A stretch of 64,000 bases of DNA from contig CAYLMM010000008.1 in NCBI GenBank assembly GCA_964384825.1, forward strand, positions 3,462 to 67,461. Reading direction: 5' to 3'. Positions 31,223 to 40,396 of this stretch are shown here, piece by piece. The notes under the pieces are model-generated. The model was not told the DNA's origin, made no database searches, and worked only from the letters and a program-made list of their open reading frames with translations. Position numbers and translations under genes: made by a program. The stretch comes from an uncultured Fibrobacteraceae bacterium. Lineage in GTDB: Bacteria > Krumholzibacteriota > Krumholzibacteriia > LZORAL124-64-63. Each line of letters begins with the position of its first letter. Position 1 is the stretch's first letter.

Positions 31223-33328
31223 CTAGAAGGGATAGCCCAGGGAGAAGTGGTAGAGGACATCGTCCTCGGTCTCGGTATCCGACAGGCGGGCCCGTTTCAG
31301 CGGGAAGCCCACATCGACCCGCACCGGCCCGATCGGCGTGTCGAGGCGCAGCCCGGTGCCCATGCTGTAGCGGAAATCCCAGATCTTGGTCGCCTCGGGA
31401 TCATCCGGTTCGCGGGGATAGGAACGCAGCCGGAAACCGCGCAGGCGAATGTCCGACGCGTCCTGCCAGACGTTGCCCCCGTCCATGAACATGACACCTT
31501 CGACGCCCCAGATCCGCAACAACGGCATCGGGAAACGCCACTCGAAATTGGCCAGCAGCATGTAGCTGCCGCCGTGGGCGGGCTGATCGCTCAGCGGGAC
31601 GTCGCTGGTCAGCTGCAGCGAATCGAGCAGGGCCTGGTCGGTGTACTGCGGCCCCAGACTGTTCTCCTCGTAGCCGCGGACGGTCGAGACGCCGCCGGCG
31701 AAGAAGCGCTCCCGGTAGGGAATGCCCTCGTCGCCGCGGTCGGCCGACGAGCCGTAGGCCCGGGCCGCGCCTGTGCTGAGGCGGAAGGCCAGCACGCCGC
31801 CGACCGGGGACCGCCGGTACGCGTGCCATGATACCTGTCCCTTGACGAAGCTGTTATCGCCGCCGAGCGGCCCGCCGCCGACCTCGATCTGGGTGTTGAC
31901 GATGCTGCCGCGCGAAGGCCGCAAGGGATCGTCGCGCTTTTCGCGGAACATGTCCCATGTCAGCGAGTGGGTCGAGCTGGGCCCCAGGTCGACCGCCTCG
32001 AAGGCGTCGCGCAGCTTCTGCTTGGCGTCCGGATGCAGCGAGGGGTCGGTCGACTCGAACTGCAGCGCCACGTTGTTGGCGATGCTGCCGCCGCCGCGGA
32101 ACCGCGCCCCGATCGATGCGCCGTAGGTCTTCAGGTTCAGTCCCGACTCGCCGCGGGTCTCCTTCTCTGCGTAGAAGCCGGTGTCGACCAGGTACCGGCC
32201 CAGGACCCGCGGCCGGGTATAGAGGATGTCGTAGCGGTAGTTCAGCTCAAGGCCCGGATCGCCGTCGCTCAGACGCTGGACGTCCTCGTAGTTCAGGGCC
32301 GACTTGGCCGAGATCCGCAGCCGCTGGCCGCTGCCGGCCAGGTTGTTGTGGCCCCAGGCCCCGAGCAGCCGCACCCGCTCGCGCGAACCGGTGCCGACGC
32401 CGAACTCGAAATACGCGGGCTGGCGTTCGACCACCTGCAGCAGCAGGTCGGTGCGCCCGGCGTTGGTGTCGATGTTGGCCGGGATCAGGCTCACGTCGCG
32501 GAACAGGGCGGTTTCCAGCAGCTGCCGCCGCGACTTCTCGATGTCCCGCCAGCGGAACAGCTCGCCCTCGGCCACGACCAGCTCGCGGTCGACCAGATAG
32601 GGCTTGGTCTTCTCCAGCCCCTCGACCCGGATCGCCGAAACCGTATAGGGCAGCCCCGGGCGGATGTGGTAGGCCAGCTTCGCGGCGATCCGCCCGGGCA
32701 CCTCGGTGGCCGATGTCGTCAGCTCGGGCAGGATCTCCACACGCAGGAAGCCCTCGTCCCAGAACCGTGTGCGCAGCCGGAAGATGTCCTGGCCCAGATC
32801 GGTCCGGTCGGCCGGGGCCGGCACGCCCTCGATGTGGATCATCCCCTCGCGGAGCGTCTCCTCGGGCAGGATCCCGCCGCCGGGAAAGGTCACCTCGGAC
32901 AGGAAGGTCCGCGGCCCCTCGTCGATGGTGATGTGGATCTGATCGCCCCGGCCGAGCGGGTCGGTGACGATCGAATCGAGCTGCACGGCCACCTGGTGGA
33001 AGCCGCGCTGGCGGTAGAACCTCTCGAGCAGGCGCAGCTCGGATCCGATCAGGTCGGGGCGGTAGCGGGCGGAGCGGTCGCCGACCCCGAATATCATCAG
33101 GGGATGGAACCGGCGCGCGGCCCTGATCTTCAGGATGGATTTCAGATCGCCGTCGGAGAAGGTGCGGTTGCCCCGCAGCTCGATCTTCCAGAGGCGGTGC
33201 TCTTCGAGGCCGTAGTCGAGTTCGGTGGCGGCCCGGGCCGCGCCGGCCCCGCAGAACAGCAGCAACAAGACCGCCGGCAACCATGCCGCCGAACGAATCG
33301 AACCTCGGACGCTGCCGTGAAACCGCAC
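31223..33328 (-). CDS. tamA: Omp85 protein with 3 POTRA domains (TamA-like)
   Basis: Three POTRA-like repeats (IELRGNRTF...FYRQRGF...IDEGP; ...FWDEGF...; IRVEGLEKT...LLETALF...VVERQP), FFAGG, VRGY, TPIGPVRVD, YHFSLGYPF; directly upstream of tamB. The GTG start at 33328 is inferred. Confidence 0.85.
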   Translation of the reverse strand: MRFHGSVRGSIRSAAWLPAVLLLLFCGAGAARAATELDYGLEEHRLWKIELRGNRTFSDGDLKSILKIRAARRFHPLMIFGVGDRSARYRPDLIGSELRLLERFYRQRGFHQVAVQLDSIVTDPLGRGDQIHITIDEGPRTFLSEVTFPGGGILPEETLREGMIHIEGVPAPADRTDLGQDIFRLRTRFWDEGFLRVEILPELTTSATEVPGRIAAKLAYHIRPGLPYTVSAIRVEGLEKTKPYLVDRELVVAEGELFRWRDIEKSRRQLLETALFRDVSLIPANIDTNAGRTDLLLQVVERQPAYFEFGVGTGSRERVRLLGAWGHNNLAGSGQRLRISAKSALNYEDVQRLSDGDPGLELNYRYDILYTRPRVLGRYLVDTGFYAEKETRGESGLNLKTYGASIGARFRGGGSIANNVALQFESTDPSLHPDAKQKLRDAFEAVDLGPSSTHSLTWDMFREKRDDPLRPSRGSIVNTQIEVGGGPLGGDNSFVKGQVSWHAYRRSPVGGVLAFRLSTGAARAYGSSADRGDEGIPYRERFFAGGVSTVRGYEENSLGPQYTDQALLDSLQLTSDVPLSDQPAHGGSYMLLANFEWRFPMPLLRIWGVEGVMFMDGGNVWQDASDIRLRGFRLRSYPREPDDPEATKIWDFRYSMGTGLRLDTPIGPVRVDVGFPLKRARLSDTETEDDVLYHFSLGYPF

Positions 33329-33419
33329 TCTGTCCTTGCTCCGGCTGGGGGTTCGTTGTAAAGGAAGAGAGAAGCATCCCCCATCCGGTTTCAAACATAC
33401 CATCGGGGAAGAAGGTCCC

Positions 33420-33872
33420 GTGAATACAAAAAAACGCGACGCGAAGCCGCGGATCGGAACGGCGGCCGCCGTCGCCTGGATTTTCGCCGCCGCGCTCGCG
33501 ATTCTGGCCGCCGGCTGCTCCGGACCGGACGAGCCCCTGTCGACCGCCGACCTGCAGCCCGCCGAGCGGCTCTACATCGAACGGTACGTCACGCTCGAAC
33601 GCGCCCGGGCGGTGGCCTTCGCCGACCGCGAGACCGGCGAGGCGCTGCTCGATTCGCTGGCGGCCGCCTGGGACGACAGCGCCGCGGCCGAGGCCAAGGA
33701 AGCGCTGGACGGCTCGCCGCCCGCGCGCATCGCGGCGGTTTTGGACCTGCTGCGGCGGATCATGGACGCCGAGACCGACAGCCTGCTGCGCTCGCCCGGC
33801 CCCGAACTGCTCGCCGCGCCCCTGCCCGAACCCGTCGCCGCCTCCGATCCGCCGGAGCGGACCGGGCGCTAG
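33420..33872 (+). CDS. Hypothetical lipoprotein, 150 aa
   Basis: GTG start after GAAGAAGG. Basic N-region, hydrophobic stretch and lipobox LAAG-C, then a helical body and a Pro-rich tail. Confidence 0.75.
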   Translation: MNTKKRDAKPRIGTAAAVAWIFAAALAILAAGCSGPDEPLSTADLQPAERLYIERYVTLERARAVAFADRETGEALLDSLAAAWDDSAAAEAKEALDGSPPARIAAVLDLLRRIMDAETDSLLRSPGPELLAAPLPEPVAASDPPERTGR

Positions 33873-35260
33873 CCGCGCGGCGGCAGCACCTTCAGCACGT
33901 CGACCACGATCACGAAGGTCATGAACAGCATCAGGACGATCAGGCCCACCTGCATCGCGATGGCCTGGATGCGTTCGTGCACCCGCCGGCCGGTGATCAT
34001 CTCGATCAGCAGGAACACCACGTGCCCCCCGTCGAGCACCGGAATCGGCAGCAGGTTCAGCAGGAACAGGTTCACCGAGAAGAAGGCGATGAACAGCAGC
34101 AGGTGGCTGAAGCTCCAGCGGAGCATCTCGCCGGCCACCTGGCCGATCCTGATCGGGCCGCCGACGGCGTCGAGGCCCAGCTTCCCGCCCACGAAGTTCC
34201 CCAGCACCTCGACCGTGGCTACGATCGTCAGCCAGGTCCGCCGGGCCCCGATCGAAACGGCCTCGAGCAGACCGACGCCGGTGGCTGCGTAATGCCGGTC
34301 GAAGAAGATGCGACCGATGGTGGAGTCGGGCAGGACCTCCGCCGCCTCGGGCGTCACCGGGCGGGTGATGGTCTGGCCGTCGCGCTCCCAGGTCAGGTCG
34401 ACCTCGACCCCGGCGTGCCGGTTGATGATCCGGGCGATCGACGCGAAGGAGGTGACCAGCGTGCCGTCGACGGCCACGATGCGGTCGCCGGTGCGCAGGC
34501 CGACCTCGTCGGCGGGACCGCCGTCCTGGACCAGCCCCACCTCGGTGTCCCAGGGATCCATTCCCAGGCGCCAGTACTGGCCGACCGGCTGCGGCGAGAA
34601 GGTCAGGTCCAGACTGGCCCCGTCGCGCTCGATGGTCAGCGGCACCACGGCCGGCGCACCGGAGCGCAGGCTCGGCGCGACCGTGCGTTCGGTGACGTCC
34701 TCCCAGGTGGTGACCGGTACGCCGCCGATCTCGACGATGCGGTCGCCGACCCGCAGGCCGGCGGCGGCGGCGGGTCCGTCGGCGTCCACGCCGCCGATGC
34801 GGGTCACCGGGATCTCCATGATCCCTTGGGCCCAGACGATCATCGAGTAGATCAAAAAGGCCAGCACCAGGTTGGCCAGGGGCCCGGCCACGACCACGGC
34901 CATCCTCTGCCAGGCGGGACGGCGGCTGAAGTGGCGCGAAACCGGGATGTCGCGGTCGCCCTCGGCGGCCTCGCGATCGCCCTCCTCGGTGCCCAGCGGA
35001 TAATGCCGCTCCTGGCCGGTGCCGGTGTCCTGGATCTCCTCCATCACGCCCTCGCCCGCCATCTTCACGTAGCCCCCGAAGGGCACCACCGACAGGGCGT
35101 ACTCCGTCTCGCCGAAGCGGCGGCGCAGGATCTTCGGGCCGAATCCGATGGAGAAGGTCTTGACGTAGATCCCGGTCATCTTGCAGACGGCGAAATGGCC
35201 GAGCTCGTGAATGATGATCACGACGCCGAGGGTCAACACGAAGGCTATGAGGGTCGACAC
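33869..35260 (-). CDS. rseP: RIP metalloprotease RseP (M50) with two PDZ domains
   Basis: HELGH, FSIGFGP, PFGGYVKM, AGPLANL, GGPIRI, NLLPIPVLDGGH; downstream of dxr. Confidence 0.95.
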   Translation of the reverse strand: MSTLIAFVLTLGVVIIIHELGHFAVCKMTGIYVKTFSIGFGPKILRRRFGETEYALSVVPFGGYVKMAGEGVMEEIQDTGTGQERHYPLGTEEGDREAAEGDRDIPVSRHFSRRPAWQRMAVVVAGPLANLVLAFLIYSMIVWAQGIMEIPVTRIGGVDADGPAAAAGLRVGDRIVEIGGVPVTTWEDVTERTVAPSLRSGAPAVVPLTIERDGASLDLTFSPQPVGQYWRLGMDPWDTEVGLVQDGGPADEVGLRTGDRIVAVDGTLVTSFASIARIINRHAGVEVDLTWERDGQTITRPVTPEAAEVLPDSTIGRIFFDRHYAATGVGLLEAVSIGARRTWLTIVATVEVLGNFVGGKLGLDAVGGPIRIGQVAGEMLRWSFSHLLLFIAFFSVNLFLLNLLPIPVLDGGHVVFLLIEMITGRRVHERIQAIAMQVGLIVLMLFMTFVIVVDVLKVLPPRG

Positions 35261-35276
35261 GGTATCAACTCCGTCC

Positions 35277-36521
35277 TTACCGGTCAGGCAACTGGGTGCG
35301 GGCCGTTTCACGGGCCAGTCTGTCGATGTCGAGCGCCTCGCCCAGGTCCATCACCGGAGCGTCGGGGACGGCGGCGAGACATTTCTCGATCACGCCGGCA
35401 ATATCGACATATCGGATTCGGTCGGCCAGCATCGCGGCCACGGCCACCTCGTTGGCGGCGTTCAGCACGATCGGGGCCCTCCCGCCGCGGCGCCCGGCCT
35501 CGATCGCCAGGCCCAGGCAGGGGAAACGGTCGACGTCGGGCGTCTCGAAACGAAGCTCTCCCAGCTTCGCCAGATCGAGCCGTTCGCCCGGGCGATGCCA
35601 GTGCCTCTCCCCGGCCAGGGCGTAGAGCAGGGGCAGGCTCATGTCCGGTAGCCCGAGCTGGGCCATCATCACGCCGTCCTGGAACTCGACCAGCGAGTGG
35701 ACGATCGATCCGGGATGCACGACGACCCGGATGCCGTCGTAGGGCACGTCGAAAAGGTAGTGGGCCTCGATGATCTCGAGCCCCTTGTTCATCAGCGTGG
35801 CCGAATCGACGGTGATCTTCGGCCCCATCCGCCAGGTGGGATGGCGCAGCACCTGCTCGCGGGAGACCTCGCGCAGCTTGGTGGCCGGCAGATCCCGGAA
35901 CGGCCCGCCCGAAGCGGTCAGGACCAGGCTCTCGATCTCGTTGAGATTACGGCCCGCCAGGCACTGGGCGATGGCCGAGTGCTCGGAGTCGACGGGGATG
36001 ACCTCGGCCCCGCCGGCGGAGACGGCCTCGCGCACCAGCAGTCCGCCGACGACCAGCGATTCCTTGTTGGCCAGGGCGATGCGACGGCCGCGGCGGGCGG
36101 CGACCAGGGTCGGCTCGAGGCCGACCGCGCCGACCAGGGCGTTGACCACGCAGTCGCAGTCGGACAGGCCGGCCGCCTCGCGCAGGCCGATCGGGCCGGC
36201 GGGCAGCAGATCCCCCGCCAGGTCGGAACGCTTCGCGGCCTCGGCGTGGGCGGATTCCTCGAAGACCGCGAGCGCGGGATCGTCGGCGGCGCCCGCGGCG
36301 CGCAGTTCGGCGACGATCTCGGCCAGGCCCTCGACGTCGGCCCGGACGGCCAGGCCGGTCACCTTCAGGCGGCCGGCGTAGCGCACGGCGAGTTCGACCG
36401 CCTGGCGGCCGATCGATCCGGTGGCCCCCAGCAGGACCACGCGCAACGGCTCCGGCAGGCGGCGCGGGCCGCAGGTCGGATCGTAAAGAGCCGTGGTGGG
36501 TATCTCGTTCTTTTGCTTCAT
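35277..36521 (-). CDS. dxr: 1-deoxy-D-xylulose-5-phosphate reductoisomerase
   Basis: LGATGSIG, LANKESLV, PVDSEHSA, LTASGGPF, HPTWRMGPKITVDSATLMNKGLE, NAANEVAV. Confidence 0.96.
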   Translation of the reverse strand: MKQKNEIPTTALYDPTCGPRRLPEPLRVVLLGATGSIGRQAVELAVRYAGRLKVTGLAVRADVEGLAEIVAELRAAGAADDPALAVFEESAHAEAAKRSDLAGDLLPAGPIGLREAAGLSDCDCVVNALVGAVGLEPTLVAARRGRRIALANKESLVVGGLLVREAVSAGGAEVIPVDSEHSAIAQCLAGRNLNEIESLVLTASGGPFRDLPATKLREVSREQVLRHPTWRMGPKITVDSATLMNKGLEIIEAHYLFDVPYDGIRVVVHPGSIVHSLVEFQDGVMMAQLGLPDMSLPLLYALAGERHWHRPGERLDLAKLGELRFETPDVDRFPCLGLAIEAGRRGGRAPIVLNAANEVAVAAMLADRIRYVDIAGVIEKCLAAVPDAPVMDLGEALDIDRLARETARTQLPDR

Positions 36522-36535
36522 GCCCTCCATCCCGT

Positions 36536-37423
36536 TCAGGCGCTGAAGAAGCGCAGGTAGTAGTAGAACAGCGGGGCCGTGAACAGCAGCGAATCGAAAC
36601 GGTCCAGGACGCCGCCGTGCCCCGGCAGCAGCGTGGCCGAATCCTTGATGCCGGCGTCGCGCTTGAGCAGCGACTCGACCATGTCGCCGAGCTGGGCCAG
36701 AACGCCGCCGAAGATCCCGAGCAGGGTCCCCTCGACCGGCGAGAGGAAGGAGCCGAAAGTGTGGGCCGCGACGAATCCGGCGCCGGCCGCGCCCAGCAGC
36801 CCGCCGATCGCGCCCTCGACCGATTTCTTCGGACTGACCCGCCGCAGCAACGGTCGTGATCCGATCGCCACCCCGACCAGGTAGGCGCAGGTGTCGTTGG
36901 CCCAGGTGACCACCGCCACCAGCCCCACCGCCCGCAGCCCGAAGGAGTAGGGCACGCCCTCCAGCACGTGCGGCAGCTCCCGCAGCATCACCAGATGGCT
37001 GCCGAGCCAGCCCACGTAGAGCACTCCGAAGACGGTCACGCTGATGTGGATCAGGGAATGGGCCATGTCCCGACGGAAGAGCTCGCTGATCATCACCACC
37101 ATCATGGTGCCGGTCAGAAGCAGCGAAAGGGCGGCGCCGCCGCGGTACACGTACCAGGTCATCAGCAGGCCGCAGAGCATGCCGATCATCTTGTACGGCC
37201 GATAGCCGCGGGCTTCCATCAGCAGATAGAATTCGCGCAGGCCGCAGACGACCATCAGGTCGACCAGCAGCAGGAACATCACGCCGCCGTGCACGGCGAA
37301 CCAGCACAGCAGGGGAACGCCGATCAGGATCACGCCGATCCGCGGCAGGATGTCGGCGCCCAGGAACCGCCGCCAGGGATCGACCGGGCCCCGCGGCGGG
37401 CGATCCTGTCTATCGGCGCTCAA
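36536..37423 (-). CDS. cdsA: Phosphatidate cytidylyltransferase
   Basis: WANDTCAYLVG, SPKKSVEG, GDMVESLLKR, IKDS...PGHGGVLDRFDS. The TTG start overlapping the uppS stop is inferred. Confidence 0.93.
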   Translation of the reverse strand: MSADRQDRPPRGPVDPWRRFLGADILPRIGVILIGVPLLCWFAVHGGVMFLLLVDLMVVCGLREFYLLMEARGYRPYKMIGMLCGLLMTWYVYRGGAALSLLLTGTMMVVMISELFRRDMAHSLIHISVTVFGVLYVGWLGSHLVMLRELPHVLEGVPYSFGLRAVGLVAVVTWANDTCAYLVGVAIGSRPLLRRVSPKKSVEGAIGGLLGAAGAGFVAAHTFGSFLSPVEGTLLGIFGGVLAQLGDMVESLLKRDAGIKDSATLLPGHGGVLDRFDSLLFTAPLFYYYLRFFSA

Positions 37424-38280
37424 GGACGCACCTTCAGCATGTTGATCCAGCGCTTCGGATCCAGGAGAGAGCTCTTGGGCCTGGCGGGCGCGGTGCTCCG
37501 GTCGTTGCCGTTCACGCCGCCGAAGCGCCGGTCGCGCCCCTGGTAGTCCTCGACCGCGGTCATCAGGTCGCGCTCGTCGAAATCCGGCCACAGCACCTTG
37601 GTGATGTGGATCTCGGAATAGGCCGACTGCCAGATGAGGAAGTTGCTCAGCCGCTGCTCGCCGCTGGTGCGGATCACGAGGTCGGGATCGGGGATCTCCG
37701 GCGAGTAGAACCCGGCGCGCAGGGCGTCCTCGTCGATGTCGTCGGGATCGATCTCCCCGGCTGCGGCGCGCCGGGCCAGGGCCCGGGCCGCGCGCAGGAT
37801 CTCGGTGCGGCCGCCGTAGGCCAGGGCCAGGTTCAGCACCAGCCCGTCGTTGTCCGCGAGGTCGGCGATCGTCTCGTCCAGGACGGCCCGCACGTTCCCG
37901 GGGATCATCCCGATCTCGCCCGAGGCGACCAGACGCACGTTGTTGCGGTCCAGCTCCCTCTTCTCGGCCGCCAGGGCCTCGTCCAGGAACAGCCACAGCG
38001 CCTTCACCTCGGCCGCGGGGCGCTTGAAGTTCTCCTGCGAGAAGGTGTAGAGGGTCAGGTACGAGACGCCCAGATCCACGCAGGCGCGCAGGCAGCGCCG
38101 CAGCGAATGCCGGCCGGCGCGATGTCCGACGACGCGCGGCAGACGGCGGATACGGGCCCAGCGCCCGTTGCCGTCCATGATCACGGCCACGTGGCGGGGA
38201 ACGTTCCCCCGGGCGATGATCCGTTCGCGCAGTTGATCGAGAGAAGGCTGCGCAGCCTCCCCCCGCCGTTCGGCCGTCAT
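37420..38280 (-). CDS. uppS: Undecaprenyl diphosphate synthase
   Basis: HVAVIMDGNGRWA, YTFSQENFKRP, YGGRTEI, DLVIRTSGEQRLSNFLIWQ, RRFGG. Confidence 0.96.
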   Translation of the reverse strand: MTAERRGEAAQPSLDQLRERIIARGNVPRHVAVIMDGNGRWARIRRLPRVVGHRAGRHSLRRCLRACVDLGVSYLTLYTFSQENFKRPAAEVKALWLFLDEALAAEKRELDRNNVRLVASGEIGMIPGNVRAVLDETIADLADNDGLVLNLALAYGGRTEILRAARALARRAAAGEIDPDDIDEDALRAGFYSPEIPDPDLVIRTSGEQRLSNFLIWQSAYSEIHITKVLWPDFDERDLMTAVEDYQGRDRRFGGVNGNDRSTAPARPKSSLLDPKRWINMLKVRP

Positions 38281-38294
38281 GATCGCTCCCGCGT

Positions 38295-38852
38295 TCAGAT
38301 TTCCATGATTTCCGCTTCCTTGAGCTTCGAGATCCGATCGATCTCGTCGCAGAAGCGGTCGGTCAGCTTCTGGATCTGCTCCTTCGCCGCGCGGACCTCG
38401 TCCTCGGGCAGGGAGTTCTCCTTCTCCATCTTCTTCATCTTGTCGTTGCACTGCTGGCGGACCTTGCGGACCGAGATCTTGCCGTTCTCGCCGTATTCGC
38501 GGGCGGTCTTGGAGAGGTCCCGGCGCCGGTCCTCGGTCAGTTCGGGAATCGGCACGCGGATCAACAGCCCGTCGTTGACCGGGTTGAGGCCCAGGTCGGC
38601 CGCGCGGATGGCCTTCTCGATCTCGCCGATCACGTTGCGGTCGAAGGGGGCGACGGTCAGCAGCCGGGGCTCCGGAGCGCCGATGTTGGCCAGCTGCCGC
38701 AGGGGCGTCGGCGCGCCGTAGTAATCGACCCTCACGCCGTCGAGCATGGCCGGCGAGGCCTTGCCGGTGCGGATCTTGGCGAGGGCCGAACCGAGGCGGT
38801 CCAGCGCCTCCTGCATCTCCATCTCGGCCGACATGGTCAATTCATCAAGCAT
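38295..38852 (-). CDS. frr: Ribosome recycling factor
   Basis: IRTGKASP, VDYYG, LGLNP, P.LTEDRR, KISVRKVR. Confidence 0.96.
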   Translation of the reverse strand: MLDELTMSAEMEMQEALDRLGSALAKIRTGKASPAMLDGVRVDYYGAPTPLRQLANIGAPEPRLLTVAPFDRNVIGEIEKAIRAADLGLNPVNDGLLIRVPIPELTEDRRRDLSKTAREYGENGKISVRKVRQQCNDKMKKMEKENSLPEDEVRAAKEQIQKLTDRFCDEIDRISKLKEAEIMEI

Positions 38853-39564
38853 GATGCGGCTCCTTTTCGATCCGGGTTCCCGGACGGCCGCCGTCCAGGA
38901 CGGCCAGCAGATTCTCGGGGTCGGTGATGTCGAAGACCTCGATCGGCAGACCCTGCTCCTCGCAGAGCGCGATCGCCGTCAGGTCCATCACCCCCAGACG
39001 CCGATCGATGACCTCGGCGTAGGTCAGATGGTCGAATCGCTTCGCGTCGGGATGCTTGTGCGGATCCCGGTCGTAGACGCCGTCGACCTGGGTGCCCTTG
39101 AGCAGGATGTCGGCCTGGATCTCCAGGGCCCGCAGGGCGGCGGCGCTGTCGGTGGTAAAATAGGGGTTGCCGGTGCCGCCGCCAAAGATCAGCACGGCGC
39201 CCTTCTTCAGCAGGGGCCGGGCCCGGTCGCGCGAGAATTCGCGGGTCAGCGGGGCGTACTCCCGCGGGGTCATCACCACGGCGTCGGTGCCCTCGGCCCG
39301 CAGATAGTCGCGCAGGACCGCCGCGTTCATGATGGTCGCCAGCATGCCCACGTGATCCGCGGTGACGCGGTTGAGGACGTCGAGGTTGGCCGAGCGGGCG
39401 CGGAACAGGTTGCCCGCGCCGACCACGATGCCGAATCCGATGCCGTTCTGAGCCGCATGGGAGACGACCCGGGCGATCTCGGACAGGCGTTCGTGGCCGA
39501 AGGGATCTTCGCCGGACGCGAGGGCCTCGCCGCTGAGTTTGAGCAGGACGCGGGAATAGCGCAT
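38845..39564 (-). CDS. pyrH: UMP kinase
   Basis: RVLLKLSGEAL, VVGAGNLFR, GTGNPYFTTDSAAALR, VDGVYDRDP, VMDLTA. Confidence 0.96.
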   Translation of the reverse strand: MRYSRVLLKLSGEALASGEDPFGHERLSEIARVVSHAAQNGIGFGIVVGAGNLFRARSANLDVLNRVTADHVGMLATIMNAAVLRDYLRAEGTDAVVMTPREYAPLTREFSRDRARPLLKKGAVLIFGGGTGNPYFTTDSAAALRALEIQADILLKGTQVDGVYDRDPHKHPDAKRFDHLTYAEVIDRRLGVMDLTAIALCEEQGLPIEVFDITDPENLLAVLDGGRPGTRIEKEPHHA

Positions 39565-39649
39565 TCCGGACAAGGGGAACTCCTTTCCCGTCGCCGGGCG
39601 GTCGCCGGCGCCGAGGCGGGGCGCGTTCCGAGGCGGGCGGGCGAAATAC

Positions 39650-39680
39650 AAAAAAAAGCCCGGGCCGGAGCCCGGGCTTT
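39650..39680 (-). terminator. Intrinsic terminator after tsf
   Basis: AAAGCCCGGGC-TCCG-GCCCGGGCTTT followed by a T run on the minus strand. Confidence 0.85.
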
Positions 39681-39689
39681 CCGAAAGAC

Positions 39690-40283
39690 CTAGGCTCCGA
39701 TCTGGTACCGGACGAACCGACGGATCCCCATGTTCTCGCCCAGTTTGCCGATCACGGAGTTCACGTAATCCTGAACGGTCATGTCCGGATCCTTGACGTA
39801 CTTCTGCTCCAGAAGGCAGACGTCGCCGTAGAACTTGTCTAGCTTACCCTGGACGATCTTGTCAATGATATTGTCCGGCTTGCCCTCTTCCTTCATCTGA
39901 CCGCGGTAGATCTCGGCCTCCTTGGCCACCAGCGAGGCGTCCACGCCGTCGCGATCGAGCGCGACCGGCGAGGCCGCGGCGATGTGCATGGCCACGTTGT
40001 GGACGAAACCGCGGAAGTCGTCGGTGCGGGCCACGAAGTCGGTCTCGCAGACCACTTCGATCAGCACGCCGACCTGGCCGCCGGGGTGGATGTAGGATTC
40101 GATCAGGCCCTGGGCGGTGGCGCGGCCGGCCTTCTTGGCGGCCTTGGCGATGCCCTTCTTGCGCAGGTATTCGGCGGCCTGCTCCATATCGCCGTCGGTC
40201 TCGGCGAGAGCCTTCTTGCAGTCCATCATGCCCGCGCCGGTCTGCTGGCGCAGTTCGCTGACCATCTTGGCGGTGATTGCCAT
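39690..40283 (-). CDS. tsf: Elongation factor Ts (short form)
   Basis: LRQQTGAGMMDCKKAL, EVVCETDFVART, MHIAA, RRFVRYQIG. Confidence 0.97.
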   Translation of the reverse strand: MAITAKMVSELRQQTGAGMMDCKKALAETDGDMEQAAEYLRKKGIAKAAKKAGRATAQGLIESYIHPGGQVGVLIEVVCETDFVARTDDFRGFVHNVAMHIAAASPVALDRDGVDASLVAKEAEIYRGQMKEEGKPDNIIDKIVQGKLDKFYGDVCLLEQKYVKDPDMTVQDYVNSVIGKLGENMGIRRFVRYQIGA

Positions 40284-40352
40284 GTTCGCCTCCTTGCCGG
40301 GCCGGCCCGGCTTCTTAGCGTTGCCTGGTTATCGTCTGGAACCATCGAGCGG

Positions 40353-40384
40353 AGAAGCCCGCCCTCCCCGGCGGAGAGGGCGGG
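40353..40384 (-). terminator. Hairpin / weak terminator between rpsB and tsf
   Basis: 11-bp stem CCCGCCCTCTC/GGGAGGGCGGG followed only by CTTCT. Confidence 0.5.
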
Positions 40385-40396
40385 TCGCCGGTATGC

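Noticed and set aside
21990-31226. 3078-aa ORF on the + strand (and similar long antisense ORFs such as 58525..62568 and 12002..14272)
   Set aside because: It lies antisense to clearly recognisable genes, has no domain motifs, and is the expected shadow of high-GC codon bias.
33230-33328. TamL-type lipoprotein signal on the 3-POTRA Omp85 (LLLFC)
   Set aside because: Phe at -1 violates the lipobox, and an AARA SPase I site follows. The FASC in the protease-Omp85 is similarly ambiguous.
39690-40283. Short EF-Ts as a truncation or pseudogene
   Set aside because: The ~200-aa form is a well-known natural variant with intact motifs.
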